64,000 bases of DNA from contig CATNEN010000029.1 in the NCBI GenBank assembly GCA_950097015.1, positions 6,324,001-6,388,000 on the forward strand. The letters run 5' to 3'. The stretch is from Macrostomum hystrix. Taxonomy: Eukaryota; Animalia; Platyhelminthes. Below the pieces are notes generated by a model. That model was not told the origin of the DNA and did no database searches. It saw only the letters and a program-made list of their open reading frames with translations. Positions 48,585 to 62,299 of this stretch are shown one piece after another (position 1 is the stretch's first letter; each line of letters opens with the position of its first letter). Made by a program: the position numbers and the translations under genes.

Positions 48585-48951
48585 GTAAGTCTATTTTTAA
48601 GCATCGCCCGCATGCTTGTTAATTTCTTAGTAAAAAAATAAAATTTGGCGCTAAAATTGCTCACGCCACGCACGCATCGTGCTCATTTCCTAGTGCAGCC
48701 TTAGTCCCGCATGAAGCCTTTAAACTAGTTTCCTTCCTGCACTTGCCGCCACAGAGTATTTTTGAAGGCTGTCTCTCCACTTTAACCTAGCTCGTTCTCG
48801 CCGAAGAGACTGAAGGAATTAGAGAAGCGGAGAGAGTATTAGTTAAAGGTGGTTTTTTGCACTTCCGTGATCAGGAATCCAGTTCACTGACTCGACTGTT
48901 CAGTTAACTTAGCAACTACCTTCTCTTTCCTCTTTGAATTTGCCGTCCCAC

Positions 48952-49395
48952 GATTGGTAGCTCCGTCGATTGGTAACTCCGTCGATTGGTAACTCCGTCG
49001 ATTGGTAACTCCGTCGATTGGTAACTCCGTCGATTGGTAACTCCGTCGATTGGTAACTCCCTTGATTAGTAAATCCATCGATTGGTAGCTCCGTCGATTG
49101 GTAACTCCGTCGATTGGTAACTCCCTTGATTAGTAACTCCATCGATTGGTAGCTCCGTCGATTGGTAACTCCCTTGATTAGTAACTCCATCGATTGGTAA
49201 CTCCGTCGATTGGTAACTCCGTCGATTGGTAACTCCGTTGATTGGTAACTCCGTCGATTGGTAACTCCCTTGATTAGTAACTCCATCGATTGGTAGCTCC
49301 GTCGATTGGTAACTCCCTTGATTAGTAACTCCATCGATTGGTAGCTCCGTCGATTGGTAACTCCGTCGATTGGTAACTCCGTCGATTGGTAGCTC
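48952..49395. repeat. 16-bp minisatellite (TGGTAACTCCGTCGAT)
   Basis: Direct periodicity. Confidence 0.9.
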
Positions 49396-49481
49396 TGGTA
49401 GCTCTTACACACACAAGGGTTTTAACACATGTTCCTAAGCCTTCTCTACGTGACTGGGTCTATAACCGTGACCTAGTGCGA

Positions 49482-51243
49482 TATCAGTGACCTTAGTGTG
49501 AGATCAGGGCCCTTAGTGCGACGTCAGTGACCTTAGTGTGAGATCAGGGACCTTAGTGCGACATCAGTGACCTTAGTGTGAGATCAGGGCCCTTAGTGCG
49601 ACGTCAGTGACCTTAGTGTGAGATCAGGGACCTTAGTGCGACGTCAGTGACCTTAGTGTGAGATCAGGGCCCTTAGTGCGACGTCAGTGACCTTAGTGTG
49701 AGATCAGGGACCTTAGTGCGACATCAGTGACCTTAGTGTGAGATCAGGGCCCTTAGTGCGACATCAGTGACCTTAGTGTGAGATCAGGGCCCTTAGTGCG
49801 ATATCAGTGACCTTAGTGTGATATCAGGGCCCTTAGTGCGATATCAGTGACCTTAGTGTGAGATCAGGGACCTTAGTGCGACATCAGTGACCTTAGTGTG
49901 AGATCAGGGCCCTTAGTGCGACATCAGTGACCTTAGTGTGAGATCAGGGCCCTTAGTGCGACATCAGTGACCTTAGTGTGAGATCAGGGCCCTTAGTGCG
50001 ACATCAGTGACCTTAGTGTGAGATCAGAGACCTTAGTGCGACATCAGTGACCTTAGTGTGAGATCAGAGACCTTAGTGCGACATCAGTGACCTTAGTGTG
50101 AGATCAGGGCCCTTAGTGCGACATCAGTGACCTTAGTGTGAGATCAGAGACCTTAGTGCGACATCAGTGACCTTAGTGTGAGATCAGAGACCTTAGTGCG
50201 ACATCAGTGACCTTAGTGTGAGATCAGGGCCCTTAGTGCGACATCAGTGACCTTAGTGTGAGATCAGAGACCTTGGTGCGACATCAGTGACCTTAGTGTG
50301 AGATCAGGGCCCTTGGTGCGACATCAGTGACCTTAGTGTGAGATCAGGGCCCTTGGTGCGATATCAGTGACCTTAGTGTGAGATCAGGGACCTTAGTGCG
50401 ATATCAGTGACCTTAGTGTGAGATCAGGGACCTTAGTGCGACATCAGTGACCTTAGTGTGAGATCAGGGCCCTTAGTGCGACATCAGTGACCTTAGTGTG
50501 AGATCAGGGCCCTTAGTGCGACATCAGTGACCTTAGTGTGAGATCAGGGCCCTTAGTGCGACATCAGTGACCTTAGTGTGAGATCAGAGACCTTAGTGCG
50601 ACATCAGTGACCTTAGTGTGAGATCAGAGACCTTAGTGCGACATCAGTGACCTTAGTGTGAGATCAGGGCCCTTAGTGCGACATCAGTGACCTTAGTGTG
50701 AGATCAGAGACCTTAGTGCGACATCAGTGACCTTAGTGTGAGATCAGAGACCTTAGTGCGACATCAGTGACCTTAGTGTGAGATCAGGGCCCTTAGTGCG
50801 ACATCAGTGACCTTAGTGTGAGATCAGAGACCTTGGTGCGACATCAGTGACCTTAGTGTGAGATCAGGGCCCTTGGTGCGACATCAGTGACCTTAGTGTG
50901 AGATCAGGGCCCTTGGTGCGATATCAGTGACCTTAGTGTGAGATCAGGGACCTTAGTGCGACATCAGTGACCTTAGTGTGAGATCAGGGCCCTTGGTGCG
51001 ATATCAGTGACCTTAGTGTGAGATCAGGGACCTTAGTGCGACATCAGTGACCTTAGTGTGAGATCAGGGCCCTTAGTGCGACATCAGTGACCTTAGTGTG
51101 AGATCAGAGACCTTAGTGCGACATCAGTGACCTTAGTGTGAGATCAGAGACCTTAGTGCGACATCAGTGACCTTAGTGTGAGATCAGGGCCCTTAGTGCG
51201 ACATCAGTGACCTTAGTGTGAGATCAGAGACCTTAGTGCGACA
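49482..51243. repeat. 40-bp dimeric satellite of two alternating 20-bp monomers, ~44 copies
   Basis: GTGACCTTAGTGTGAGATCA / GGGCCCTTAGTGCGACATCA. Confidence 0.95.
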
Positions 51244-51428
51244 TCGCGTTAACCGATATGATAGAACCAAACGCATTAGAAAAATCCAACAGGAAAGTGT
51301 GCCAAAATGCTTAGACTATTATTAAACTTTTCTTACTGAACAAGACGAGAGAACATACTCTCAGAGGAGTTTGCTCAGAATTTTTGTACGAATAAAGCCA
51401 GCAAACTACTTGTACACATCCTTTGCAG

Positions 51429-52801
51429 AGACAGCGACTGCCAGATTGACTCCGAGACACCGATGATTCACTCCGTGTCCACCAGCGTGATTCCCTCCAA
51501 GGAGGACATCGACCCGGACATCTTCAACACAATGACCTCCCTGCAGTGCTTCCACGACAGGGAGCGCCTGACCAAGGAGCTGCTGTCTCCGCAGCACAAC
51601 ACGGAGAAGGTCATCTACTTCCTGCTGATGGACCGGAAGCTGCGCAATCCCTGCATGGATGATCCTGAAGAGATTCGCAGCCGCAACAGCACCCCGGATG
51701 CGCCGAGGAAGCGGACCGACTCGCTGCGGCTGCACGCCAACAGCGTCTGCGGCTCGCCGCAGCTCGGCTACCAGCTCAGCGAGGGCTCGCCCGTGGCCGG
51801 CCGCCGAGCCCTCACCGTCCAGTCCTATCGGAAGACTTCGCTCTCAGCCTCCGGCGGAGGCTCCAATGCCGTTGCCGCCGCTAGCGCCTCCACAGCGGCG
51901 GCTTCGTCTATCGGGACCGAGGTGTCTTCGAATCTGACGGGCACCGCTGGTTCAACGCAGCCGCAGCCGCAGCCGCTTCATCATTCGCTGCCAAGACGGC
52001 ACCATCCGCAGCATCATCATCAGCAACAGCAGCAGCCACCGCCGATTCCGCCGCATCGGGGCGCCGCTGCCGCCTTGAATGCTCCCGGAACTGGAACTGG
52101 CATGACGCCAAACTCGCCGACAACTTCAGCAACAGCGACATCTGCGACGGCCGCCCCGTCAATGACAACTTCAGCAGTGGGCGGCGATGCCAACACGCCC
52201 GCCTGGCGCAGCCGGCTGAGCTCGCTGAAGGCTTCATTGGCCACCACGCTGGGCTCGCCGCGCTTCCATCGGCGAAGCAAGGCTACCGCATCGGCTGCAG
52301 GGACTGGCGCCACCACCGTCGGCGCTGCTGCCGCGGTTTCGGTCGGCGGCGCCACCGCCGATCGCAGCCGGGGCGGCACACCGGAGGCCAGCCCGGAGCT
52401 CACCCGGCGCTCCTGGTTCACCGCCTTCCTGCCGGGCTCCAGCGCCAGCGAGAACTCATCCGACGCCAGCGGATCCAGCCACGTGGTGATGATCCGCGAC
52501 CGACCGCTGAACCGGATCAAGGCGGACCTCATCCACGCCTTGCTGCAGACGCCGGACCTCATTCACACCGTGCTGTCGCCGACCGCATTTCGAGCCGAGC
52601 TGCGCAGGCCAGGAGCTTCGAGCTCGGCTGCCGCTGCTGCCGCTGCCGGCGGCGGTGTCGGCGGCGCCAGCGGAGCCGCTGCGGCAGCTTCGGCTGCTGC
52701 CGCCTCGCTTCTAATGGGCCGCCCGGTGAAGTTCCAGGTGGAGATACACCGGCCTGACCCGGATCGGACGCTCTACGCTGTCAACTTTCTATTGATTTCA
52801 G
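51429..52801 (+). CDS. BRSK2: BRSK/SAD kinase exon 9 (UBA, spacer, KA1-like region)
   Basis: ctttgcag|A; HNTEKVIYFLL, LGSPRFHRR, RRSWF, IKADLIHALL, RPVKFQVEI; TCA G|gtgaca. Confidence 0.95.
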
Positions 52802-52927
52802 GTGACAGAATCCTTATTTCATAACTCTGAGTTCTGCTGTACTTATATTGCAAGTTATTTATACTACTCGAATCCACACCTAGTAGTAAGTATCGGGTTT
52901 TATATTTGTCTCTAACTTTTTCTGCAG

Positions 52928-53163
52928 GGCCGGTCCGCCGTTTTAAACGCGTCTGCGAGCAAATCCAGCAGTCACTGCTGGCCCCTCGGCCGCAGAACGC
53001 TTCGTCTTCTCCACAGAAGACAGCGACGGCCACCGTCACCGCTGCCGTTCTGCAGGCCAGGCAGGTACACCCGCAACCACCTGGTGACAGGCCTGCAGCC
53101 GGTGGCGTCGGTGGCGCCAGCGGCGCTGATGCCGATGAGTCAAAGGTGATTGGAGCACCTTAA
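52928..53163 (+). CDS. BRSK2: BRSK/SAD kinase exon 10 (to TAA 53163; internal donor after 53145)
   Basis: ttttctgcag|GG; GPVRRFKRVCEQIQQSLL. Confidence 0.92.
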
Positions 53164-53213
53164 ACTCTACGTGTACTTTTTCTAGCTTTTCCAAGCTTTA
53201 ACATACTACAGAG

Positions 53214-56200
53214 TCCTACTACAGTGCGTGTTTATAGCTCAGATCCTACTACAGTGTGTGTTTATAGCTCAGATCCTACTACAGTGTGTGTTTATAGCTC
53301 AGATCCTACTACAGTGCGTGTTTATAGCTCAGATCCTACTACAGTGTGTGTTTATAGCTCAGATCCTACTACAGTGGGTGTTTATAGCTCAGATCCTACT
53401 ACAGTGCGTGTTTATAGCTCAGATCCTACTACAGAGCGTGTTTATAGCTCAGATCCTACTACAGTGTGTGTTTATAGCTCAGATCCTACTACAGAGCGTG
53501 TTTATAGCTCAGATCCTACTACAGTGTGTGTTTATAGCTCAGATCCTACTACAGTGTGTGTTTATAGCTCAGATCCCACTACAGTGTGTGTTTATAGCTC
53601 AGATCCTACTACAGTGTGTGTTTATAGCTCAGATCCTACTACAGTGTGTGTTTATAGCTCAGATCCTACTACAGTGTGTGTTTATAGCTCAGATCCTACT
53701 ACAGAGCGTGTTTATAGCTCAGATCCTACTACAGTGTGTGTTTATAGCTCAGATCCTACTACAGTGTGTGTTTATAGCTCAGATCCTACTACAGAGCGTG
53801 TTTATAGCTCAGATCCTACTACAGTGTGTGTTTATAGCTCAGATCCTACTACAGTGCGTGTTTATAGCTGAGATCCTACTACAGTGTGTGTTTATAGCTC
53901 AGATCCTACTACAGTGTGTGTTTATAGCTCAGATCCTACTACAGAGCGTGTTTATAGCTCAGATCCTACTACAGTGTGTGTTAAGAGCTCAGATCCTACT
54001 ACAGTGCGTGTTTATAGCTCAGATCCTACTACAGTGTGTGTTTATAGCTCAGATCCTACTACAGTGTGTGTTTATAGCTCAGATCCTACTACAGTGTGTG
54101 TTTATAGCTCAGATCCTACTACAGAGCGTGTTTATAGCTCAGATCCTACTACAGTGCGTGTTTATAGCTCAGATCCTACTACAGTGTGTGTTTATAGCTC
54201 AGATCCTACTACAGTGTGTGTTTATAGCTCAGATCCTACTACAGTGTGTGTTTATAGCTCAGATCCTACTACAGTGTGTGTTTATAGCTCAGATCCTACT
54301 ACAGAGCGTGTTTATAGCTCAGATCCTACTACAGTGCGTGTTTATAGCTCAGATCCTACTACAGTGTGTGTTTATAGCTCAGATCCTACTACAGAGTGTG
54401 TTTATAGCTCAGATCCTACTACAGTGTGTGTTTATAGCTCAGATCCTACTACAGTGTGTGTTTATAGCTCAGATCCTACTACAGAGCGTGTTTATAGCTC
54501 AGATCCTACTACAGTGTGTGTTTATAGCTCAGATCCTACTACAGTGTGTGTTTATAGCTCAGATCCTACTACAGTGTGTGTTTATAGCTCAGATCCTACT
54601 ACAGAGCGTGTTTATAGCTCAGATCCTACTACAGTGTGTGTTTATAGCTCAGATCCTACTACAGTGTGTGTCTATAGCTCAGATCCTACTACAGAGCGTG
54701 TTTATAGCTCAGATCCTACTACAGTGTGTGTTTATAGCTCAGATCCTACTACAGTGTGTGTTTATAGCTCAGATCCTACTACAGTGTGTGTTTATAGCTC
54801 AGATCCTACTACAGTGTGTGTTTATAGCTCAGATCCTACTACAGTGTGTGTTTATAGCTCAGATCCTACTACAGAGCGTGTTTATAGCTCAGATCCTACT
54901 ACAGTGTGTGTTTATAGCTCAGATCCTACTACAGTGTGTGTCTATAGCTCAGATCCTACTACAGAGCGTGTTTATAGCTCAGATACTACTACAGTGTGTG
55001 TTTATAGCTCAGATCCTACTACAGTGTGTGTTTATAGCTCAGATCCTACTACAGAGCGTGTTTATAGCTCAGATCCTACTACAGTGTGTGTTTATAGCTC
55101 AGATCCTACTACAGTGTGTGTCTATAGCTCAGATCCTACTACAGAGCGTGTTTATAGCTCAGATCCTACTACAGTGTGTGTTTATAGCTCAGATCCTACT
55201 ACAGTGTGTGTTTATAGCTCAGATCCTACTACAGTGTGTGTTTATAGCTCAGATCCTACTACAGTGTGTGTTTATAGCTCAGATCCTACTACAGTGTGTG
55301 TTTATAGCTCAGATCCTACTACAGAGCGTGTTTATAGCTCAGATCCTACTACAGTGTGTGTCTATAGCTCAGATCCTACTACAGAGCGTGTTTATAGCTC
55401 AGATCCTACTACAGTGCGTGTTTATAGCTCAGATCCTACTACAGTGTGTGTTTATAGCTCAGATCCTACTACAGTGGTGTTTATAGCTCAGATCCTACTA
55501 CAGTGTGTGTTTATAGCTCAGATCCTACTACAGTGTGTGTTTATAGCTCAGATCCTACTACAGTGTGTGTTTATAGCTCAGATCCTACTACAGTGTGTGT
55601 TTATAGCTCAGATCCTACTACAGTGTGTGTTTATAGCTCAGATCCTACTACAGTGTGTGTTTATAGCTCAGATCCTACTACAGTGCGTGTTTATAGCTCA
55701 GATCCTACTACAGTGTGTGTTTATAGCTCAGATCCTACTACAGTGTGTGTTTATAGCTCAGATCCTACTACAGTGTGTGTTTATAGCTCAGATCCTACTA
55801 CAGTGTGTGTTATAGCTCAGATCCTACTACAGTGCGTGTTTATAGCTCAGATCCTACTACAGTGCGTGTTTATAGCTCAGATCCTACTACAGTGTGTGTT
55901 TATAGCTCAGATCCTACTACAGTGTGTGTTTATAGCTCAGATCCTACTACAGTGTGTGTTTATAGCTCAGATCCTACTACAGTGCGTGTTATAGCTCAGA
56001 TCCTACTACAGTGTGTGTTTATAGCTCAGATCCTACTACAGAGCGTGTTTATAGCTCAGATCCTACTACAGTGTGTGTTTATAGCTCAGATCCTACTACA
56101 GTGTGTGTTTATAGCTCAGATCCTACTACAGTGTGTGTTTATAGCTCAGATCCTACTACAGTGTGTGTTATAGCTCAGATCCTACTACAGTGTGTGTTTA

Positions 56201-59200
56201 TAGCTCAGATCCTACTACAGTGTGTGTTTATAGCTCAGATCCTACTACAGAGCGTGTTTATAGCTCAGATCCTACTACAGTGTGTGTTTATAGCTCAGAT
56301 CCTACTACAGTGCGTGTTTATAGCTCAGATCCTACTACAGTAGTGTTTATAGCTCAGATCCTACTACAGTGTGTGTTTATAGCTCAGATCCTACTACAGT
56401 GTGTGTTTATAGCTCAGATCCTACTACAGTGTGTGTTTATAGCTCAGATCCTACTACAGTGTGTGTTTATAGCTCAGATCCTACTACAGTGTGTGTTTAT
56501 AGCTCAGATCCTACTACAGTAGTGTGTTTATAGCTCAGATCCTACTACAGTGTGTGTTTATAGCTCAGATCCTACTACAGTGTGTGTTTATAGCTCAGAT
56601 CCTACTACAGTGTGTGTTTATAGCTCAGATCCTACTACAGTGTGTGTTTATAGCTCAGATCCTACTACAGTGTGTGTTTATAGCTCAGATCCTACTACAG
56701 TGTGTGTTTATAGCTCAGATCCTACTACAGAGCGTGTTTATAGCTCAGATCCTACTACAGTGTGTGTTTATAGCTCAGATCCTACTACAGTGTGTGTTTA
56801 TAGCTCAGATCCTACTACAGTGTGTGTTTATAGCTCAGATCCTACTACAGTGTGTGTTTATAGCTCAGATCCTACTACAGTGTGTGTTTATAGCTCAGAT
56901 CCTACTACAGTGTGTGTTTATAGCTCAGATCCTACTACAGTGTGTGTTTATAGCTCAGATCCTACTACAGTGTGTGTTTATAGCTCAGATCCTACTACAG
57001 TGCTGTGTTTATAGCTCAGATCCTACTACAGTGTGTGTTTATAGCTCAGATCCTACTACAGTGCGTGTTTATAGCTCAGATCCTACTACAGTGTGTGTTT
57101 ATAGCTCAGATCCTACTACAGTGTGTGTTTATAGCTCAGATCCTACTACAGTGTGTGTTTATAGCTCAGATCCTACTACAGTGTGTGTTTATAGCTCAGA
57201 TCCTACTACAGTGTGTGTTTATAGCTCAGATCCTACTACAGTGCTGTGTTTATAGCTCAGATCCTACTACAGTGTGTGTTTATAGCTCAGATCCTACTAC
57301 AGTGTGTGTTTATAGCTCAGATCCTACTACAGTGTGTGTTTATAGCTCAGATCCTACTACAGTGTGTGTTTATAGCTCAGATCCTACTACAGTGTGTGTT
57401 TATAGCTCAGATCCTACTACAGTGTGTGTTTATAGCTCAGATCCTACTACAGTGTGTGTTTATAGCTCAGATCCTACTACAGTGTGTGTTTATAGCTCAG
57501 ATCCTACTACAGTGCGTGTTTATAGCTCAGATCCTACTACAGTGTGTGTTTATAGCTCAGATCCTACTACAGTGCGTGTTTATAGCTCAGATCCTACTAC
57601 AGTGTGTGTTTATAGCTCAGATCCTACTACAGTGTGTGTTTATAGCTCAGATCCTACTACAGTGTGTGTTTATAGCTCAGATCCTACTACAGTGTGTGTT
57701 TATAGCTCAGATCCTACTACAGTGCGTGTTTATAGCTCAGATCCTACTACAGTGTGTGTTTATAGCTCAGATCCTACTACAGTGTGTGTTTATAGCTCAG
57801 ATCCTACTACAGTGTGTGTTTATAGCTCAGATCCTACTACAGTGTGTGTTTATAGCTCAGATCCTACTACAGTGTGTGTTTATAGCTCAGATCCTACTAC
57901 AGTGCGTGTTTATAGCTCAGATCCTACTACAGTGTGTGTTTATAGCTGAGATCCTACTACAGTGTGTGTTTATAGCTCAGATCCCTACTACAGTGTGTGT
58001 TTATAGCTCAGATCCTACTACAGTGTGTGTTTATAGCTCAGATCCTACTACAGTGCGTGTTTATAGCTCAGATCCTACTACAGTAGCGTGTTTATAGCTC
58101 AGATCCTACTACAGTGCGTGTTTATAGCTCAGATCCTACTACAGTGTGTGTTTATAGCTGAGATCCTACTACAGTGTGTGTTTATAGCTCAGATCCCACT
58201 ACAGTGTGTGTTTATAGCTCAGATCCTACTACAGTGTGTGTTTATAGCTCAGATCCTACTACAGTGCGTGTTTATAGCTCAGATCCTACTACAGTGTGTG
58301 TTTATAGCTGAGATCCTACTACAGTGTGTGTTTATAGCTCAGATCCCTACTACAGTGTGTGTTTATAGCTCAGATCCTACTACAGTGTGTGTTTATAGCT
58401 CAGATCCTACTACAGTGCGTGTTTATAGCTCAGATCCTACTACAGAGCGTGTTTATAGCTCAGATCCTACTACAGAGCGTGTTTATAGCTCAGATCCTAC
58501 TACAGAGCGTGTTTATAGCTCAGATCCTACTACAGTGTGTGTTTATAGCTCAGATCCTACTACAGTGTGTGTTTATAGCTCAGATCCTACTACAGTGTGT
58601 GTTTATAGCTCAGATCCTACTACAGTGTGTGTTTATAGCTCAGATCCTACTACAGTGTGTGTTTATAGCTCAGATCCTACTACAGTGTGTGTTTATAGCT
58701 CAGATCCTACTACAGTGTGTGTTTATAGCTCAGATCCTACTACAGTGTGTGTTTATAGCTCAGATCCTACTACAGTGCGTGTTTATAGCTCAGATCCTAC
58801 TACAGTGTGTGTTTATAGCTCAGATCCTACTACAGTGTGTGTTTATAGCTCAGATCCTACTACAGAGCGTGTTTATAGCTCAGATCCTACTACAGAGCGT
58901 GTTTATAGCTCAGATCCTACTACAGTGTGTGTTTATAGCTCAGATCCTACTACAGAGCGTGTTTATAGCTCAGATCCTACTACAGTGTGTGTTTATAGCT
59001 CAGATCCTACTACAGTGTGTGTTTATAGCTCAGATCCTACTACAGTGTGTGTTTATAGCTCAGATCCTACTACAGTGTGTGTTTATAGCTCAGATCCTAC
59101 TACAGTGCGTGTTTATAGCTCAGATCCTACTACAGTGCGTGTTTATAGCTCAGATCCTACTACAGTGTGTGTTTATAGCTCAGATCCTACTACAGAGCGT

Positions 59201-59458
59201 GTTTATAGCTCAGATCCTACTACAGAGCGTGTTTATAGCTCAGATCCTACTACAGTGTGTGTTTATAGCTCAGATCCTACTACAGTGTGTGTTTATAGCT
59301 CAGATCCTACTACAGAGCGTGTTTATAGCTCAGATCCTACTACAGTGCGTGTTTATAGCTCAGATCCTACTACAGAGCGTGTTTATAGCTCAGATCCTAC
59401 TACAGTGTGTGTTTATAGCTCAGATCCTACTACAGTGGGTGTTTATAGCTCAGATCCT
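53214..59458. repeat. 30-bp satellite, ~208 copies (GTGTGTTTATAGCTCAGATCCTACTACAGT)
   Basis: Near-perfect periodicity over 6.2 kb. Confidence 0.98.
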
Positions 59459-59482
59459 AAGCTAATTGTTTTAACATTCCAG

Positions 59483-59518
59483 ACTGCACCGAGAGTTGAC
59501 ATTAACAGCGTTATTTAG
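59483..59518 (+). CDS. BRSK2: Putative alternative last exon of the kinase: TAPRVDINSVI*
   Basis: CTAAT branch motif plus ttttaacattccag acceptor; phase 0 matches AAG|gtgatt at 53145. Confidence 0.6.
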   Translation, partial: TAPRVDINSVI

Positions 59519-59882
59519 CTTCATCTGCTGCCAGTGAGCGGCTCTGAAGATGAGCTTTGAGCATACAACTAGGGAAAACAACAATTTGTGTTTAACTGTT
59601 GTATTTGGCGTTTTCAGCTTCTGTTGTAAATTTTGTCCTCCTAAATTGTATCTCTTTCGTGATAATTTTTATTCAAAACCTAGCATTGGCTTTTCGAAAT
59701 TCCCAAACGGCATATTATAGCAATAACTGAAAAACGGTAGCCACTTTTGAATTCGCTGTTTAAGCACTTTTTATTTTTTATTCAATGTCTACTCCACAGT
59801 GACCCAATGCTCGAGCAAAATAGCTAAATTGTGAACTTTATTCAATTTTTATCGATCGAATTAAGCATGGCTGAATGGAATC

Positions 59883-60350
59883 GCTGATTGCAGGTGTGAA
59901 GCATCCCATGGTTTAAATTGAGGTAGCTGATTGCAGGTGTGAAGCATCCCATGGTTTAAATTGAGGTAGCTGATTGCAGGTGTGAAGCATCCCATGGTTT
60001 AAATTGAGGTAGCCGATTGCAGGTGTGAAGCATCCCATGGTTTAAATTGAGGTAGCTGATTGCAGGTGTGAAGCATCCCATGGTTTAAACTGAGGTAGCC
60101 GATTGCAGGTGTGAAGCATCCCATGGTTTAAATTGAGGTAGCCGATTGCAGGTGTGAAGCATCCCATGGTTTAAATTGAGGTAGCTGATTGCAGGTGTGA
60201 AGCATCCCATGGTTTAAACTGAGGTAGCCGATTGCAGGTGTGAAGCATCCCATGGTTTAAATTGAGGTAGCCGATTGCAGGTGTGAAGCATCCCATGGTT
60301 TAAATTGAGGTAGCTGATTGCAGGTGTGAAGCATCCCATGGTTTAAACTG
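59883..60350. repeat. 43-bp tandem repeat, ~11 copies
   Basis: GCTGATTGCAGGTGTGAAGCATCCCATGGTTTAAATTGAGGTA. Confidence 0.93.
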
Positions 60351-60904
60351 ATGTCATGTCACTGTTTTCTTAAACATATTGGTTAAGTTTTAATTGCAAT
60401 AAAGTATATATATTTTCTCACCAGTCTAGTCCACAAAACAAATGAATTGAGTGATCTATCTGTGAAGACAATACCGAAGTTTTTATTGCACATGTCTTTT
60501 TGATACCTACAAGCGATGCGATACTAAATACACTCATTATTTTTTTACTCACCGATTGAAAGAATAGCTTTGACATATGCACATTTTTGTGATGCGTTTA
60601 TTTTCCGTGCGCAATACAAGCCTGGAAATTATATTAATATTAGCTCTCCTTGTCAACTTTTAGTCGTTGAGAAAGTCTAACTTTCTTCTTCTCAAAAAAT
60701 GTGCTTTTTCTTTGAGCAAATTAAATAATTTTACGCACATCGTGATTCACGTGAGAAATTGTACCTGTACGCTCGTAAAACTGTACTCTTAGCTGTGTCA
60801 GTTCTTCTCAATTTTACTGTCCGACAAGCACGCTCTTTGGCTGCGGGCTACCTATTGCTGACTAAAAAGTTCGGATTGGCTGTTAGAATGCTTAGTACCT
60901 GATG

Positions 60905-61765
60905 CTAGCAGCCGGAGTTCCTCTTATCCCAGGGAAATCCCTTCTTTGCTATGCAGCAGGAGTTCCTCTTATCCCAGGGAAATCCCTTCTTTGCTATGCA
61001 GCAGGAGTTCCTCTTATCCCAGGGAAATTCCTTGTCGCTATGCCGCAGGAGTTCCTCTTATCCGTGGGACATCCCTTGTTGCTATGCAGCAGGAGTTCCT
61101 CTTATCCCAGGGAAATCCCTTCTTTGCTATGCAGCAGGAGTTCCTCTTATCCCAGGGAAATTCCTTGTCGCTATGCCGCAGGAGTTCCTCTTATCCGTGG
61201 GACATCCCTTGTTGCTATGCAGCAGGAGTTCCTCTTATCCCAGGGAAATCCCTTGTTGCTATGCAGCAGGACTTCCTCTTATCCGTGGGAAATCCCTTGT
61301 CGCTATGCAGCAGGAGTTCCTCTTATCTCAGGGAAATCCCTTGTCGCTATGCAGCAGGAGTTCCTCTTATCCGTGGGAAATCCCTTGTCGCTATGCAGCC
61401 GGAGTTCCTCTTATCCGTGGGACATCCCTTGTTGCTATGCAGCAGGAGTTCCTCTTATCCCAGGGAAATCCCTTGTTGCTATGCAGCAGGACTTCCTCTT
61501 ATCCGTGGGAAATCCCTTGTCGCTATGCAGCAGGACTTCCTCTTATCCGTGGGAAATCCCTTGTCGCTATGCAGCAGGAGTTCCTCTTATCCCAGGGAAA
61601 TCCCTTGTTGCTATGCAGCAGGACTTCCTCTTATCCGTGGGAAATCCCTTGTCGCTATGCAGCAGGAGTTCCTCTTATCTCAGGGAAATTCCTTGTCGCT
61701 ATGCAGCAGGAGTTCCTCTTATCCCTGGGAAATCCCTTGTCGCTATGCAGCCGGAGTTCCCCATA
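60905..61765. repeat. 44-46-bp tandem repeat, ~19 copies
   Basis: GCTATGCAGCAGGAGTTCCTCTTATCCCAGGGAAATCCCTTGTC. Confidence 0.93.
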
Positions 61766-62299
61766 TCCCTCGGAAAGCTGTCTTTACGTGAACTTGTTTA
61801 CCCTACTTTGTTTATTAACAGAACTATTTCCTTAAACTTTTAACTGTCCGACCGATTTAGCGCAATGGAACAATCAGCGAATTCTAGAAATCCCTTTTTT
61901 TTTCTCTCTCGCCACTCCATTCCAGCCATCTATAGTCTATTTGTGCAACACTGTCAATACCCCCAACTCAAAATGTAGCTCCGAGTTGAATATTTGTCCC
62001 TGCTTATTGATTGACAAACTAAATTTAGATAACTGCAGGCTTGTGATTCCGTGTGTTTATTTGTTTATTTTTCTAGTGTTTCGCTAAATTTTACGTCTTT
62101 GCCGTTTCGTCGATGATCCGACAAACTCACCCGGCCCCGTCTCTGAAACTGAGCTCGCCTGCGAAAACAATAAATGAACAAGTTAGAAGTACGAATGCAA
62201 ATATAATCATGACAATTATTGCACTTCTGGCAGGAAACCTCCGCAAATGTGACTGCTGTTAGACTTTTTGCTCTAATTTTTTTGTTACCTGCCTCCATC

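Noticed and set aside
53224-59518. Very long ORFs (VFIAQILLQC / VYSSDPTTVC repeats)
   Set aside because: They are translations of a stop-free 30-bp satellite in two frames that swap at indels; not a credible protein.
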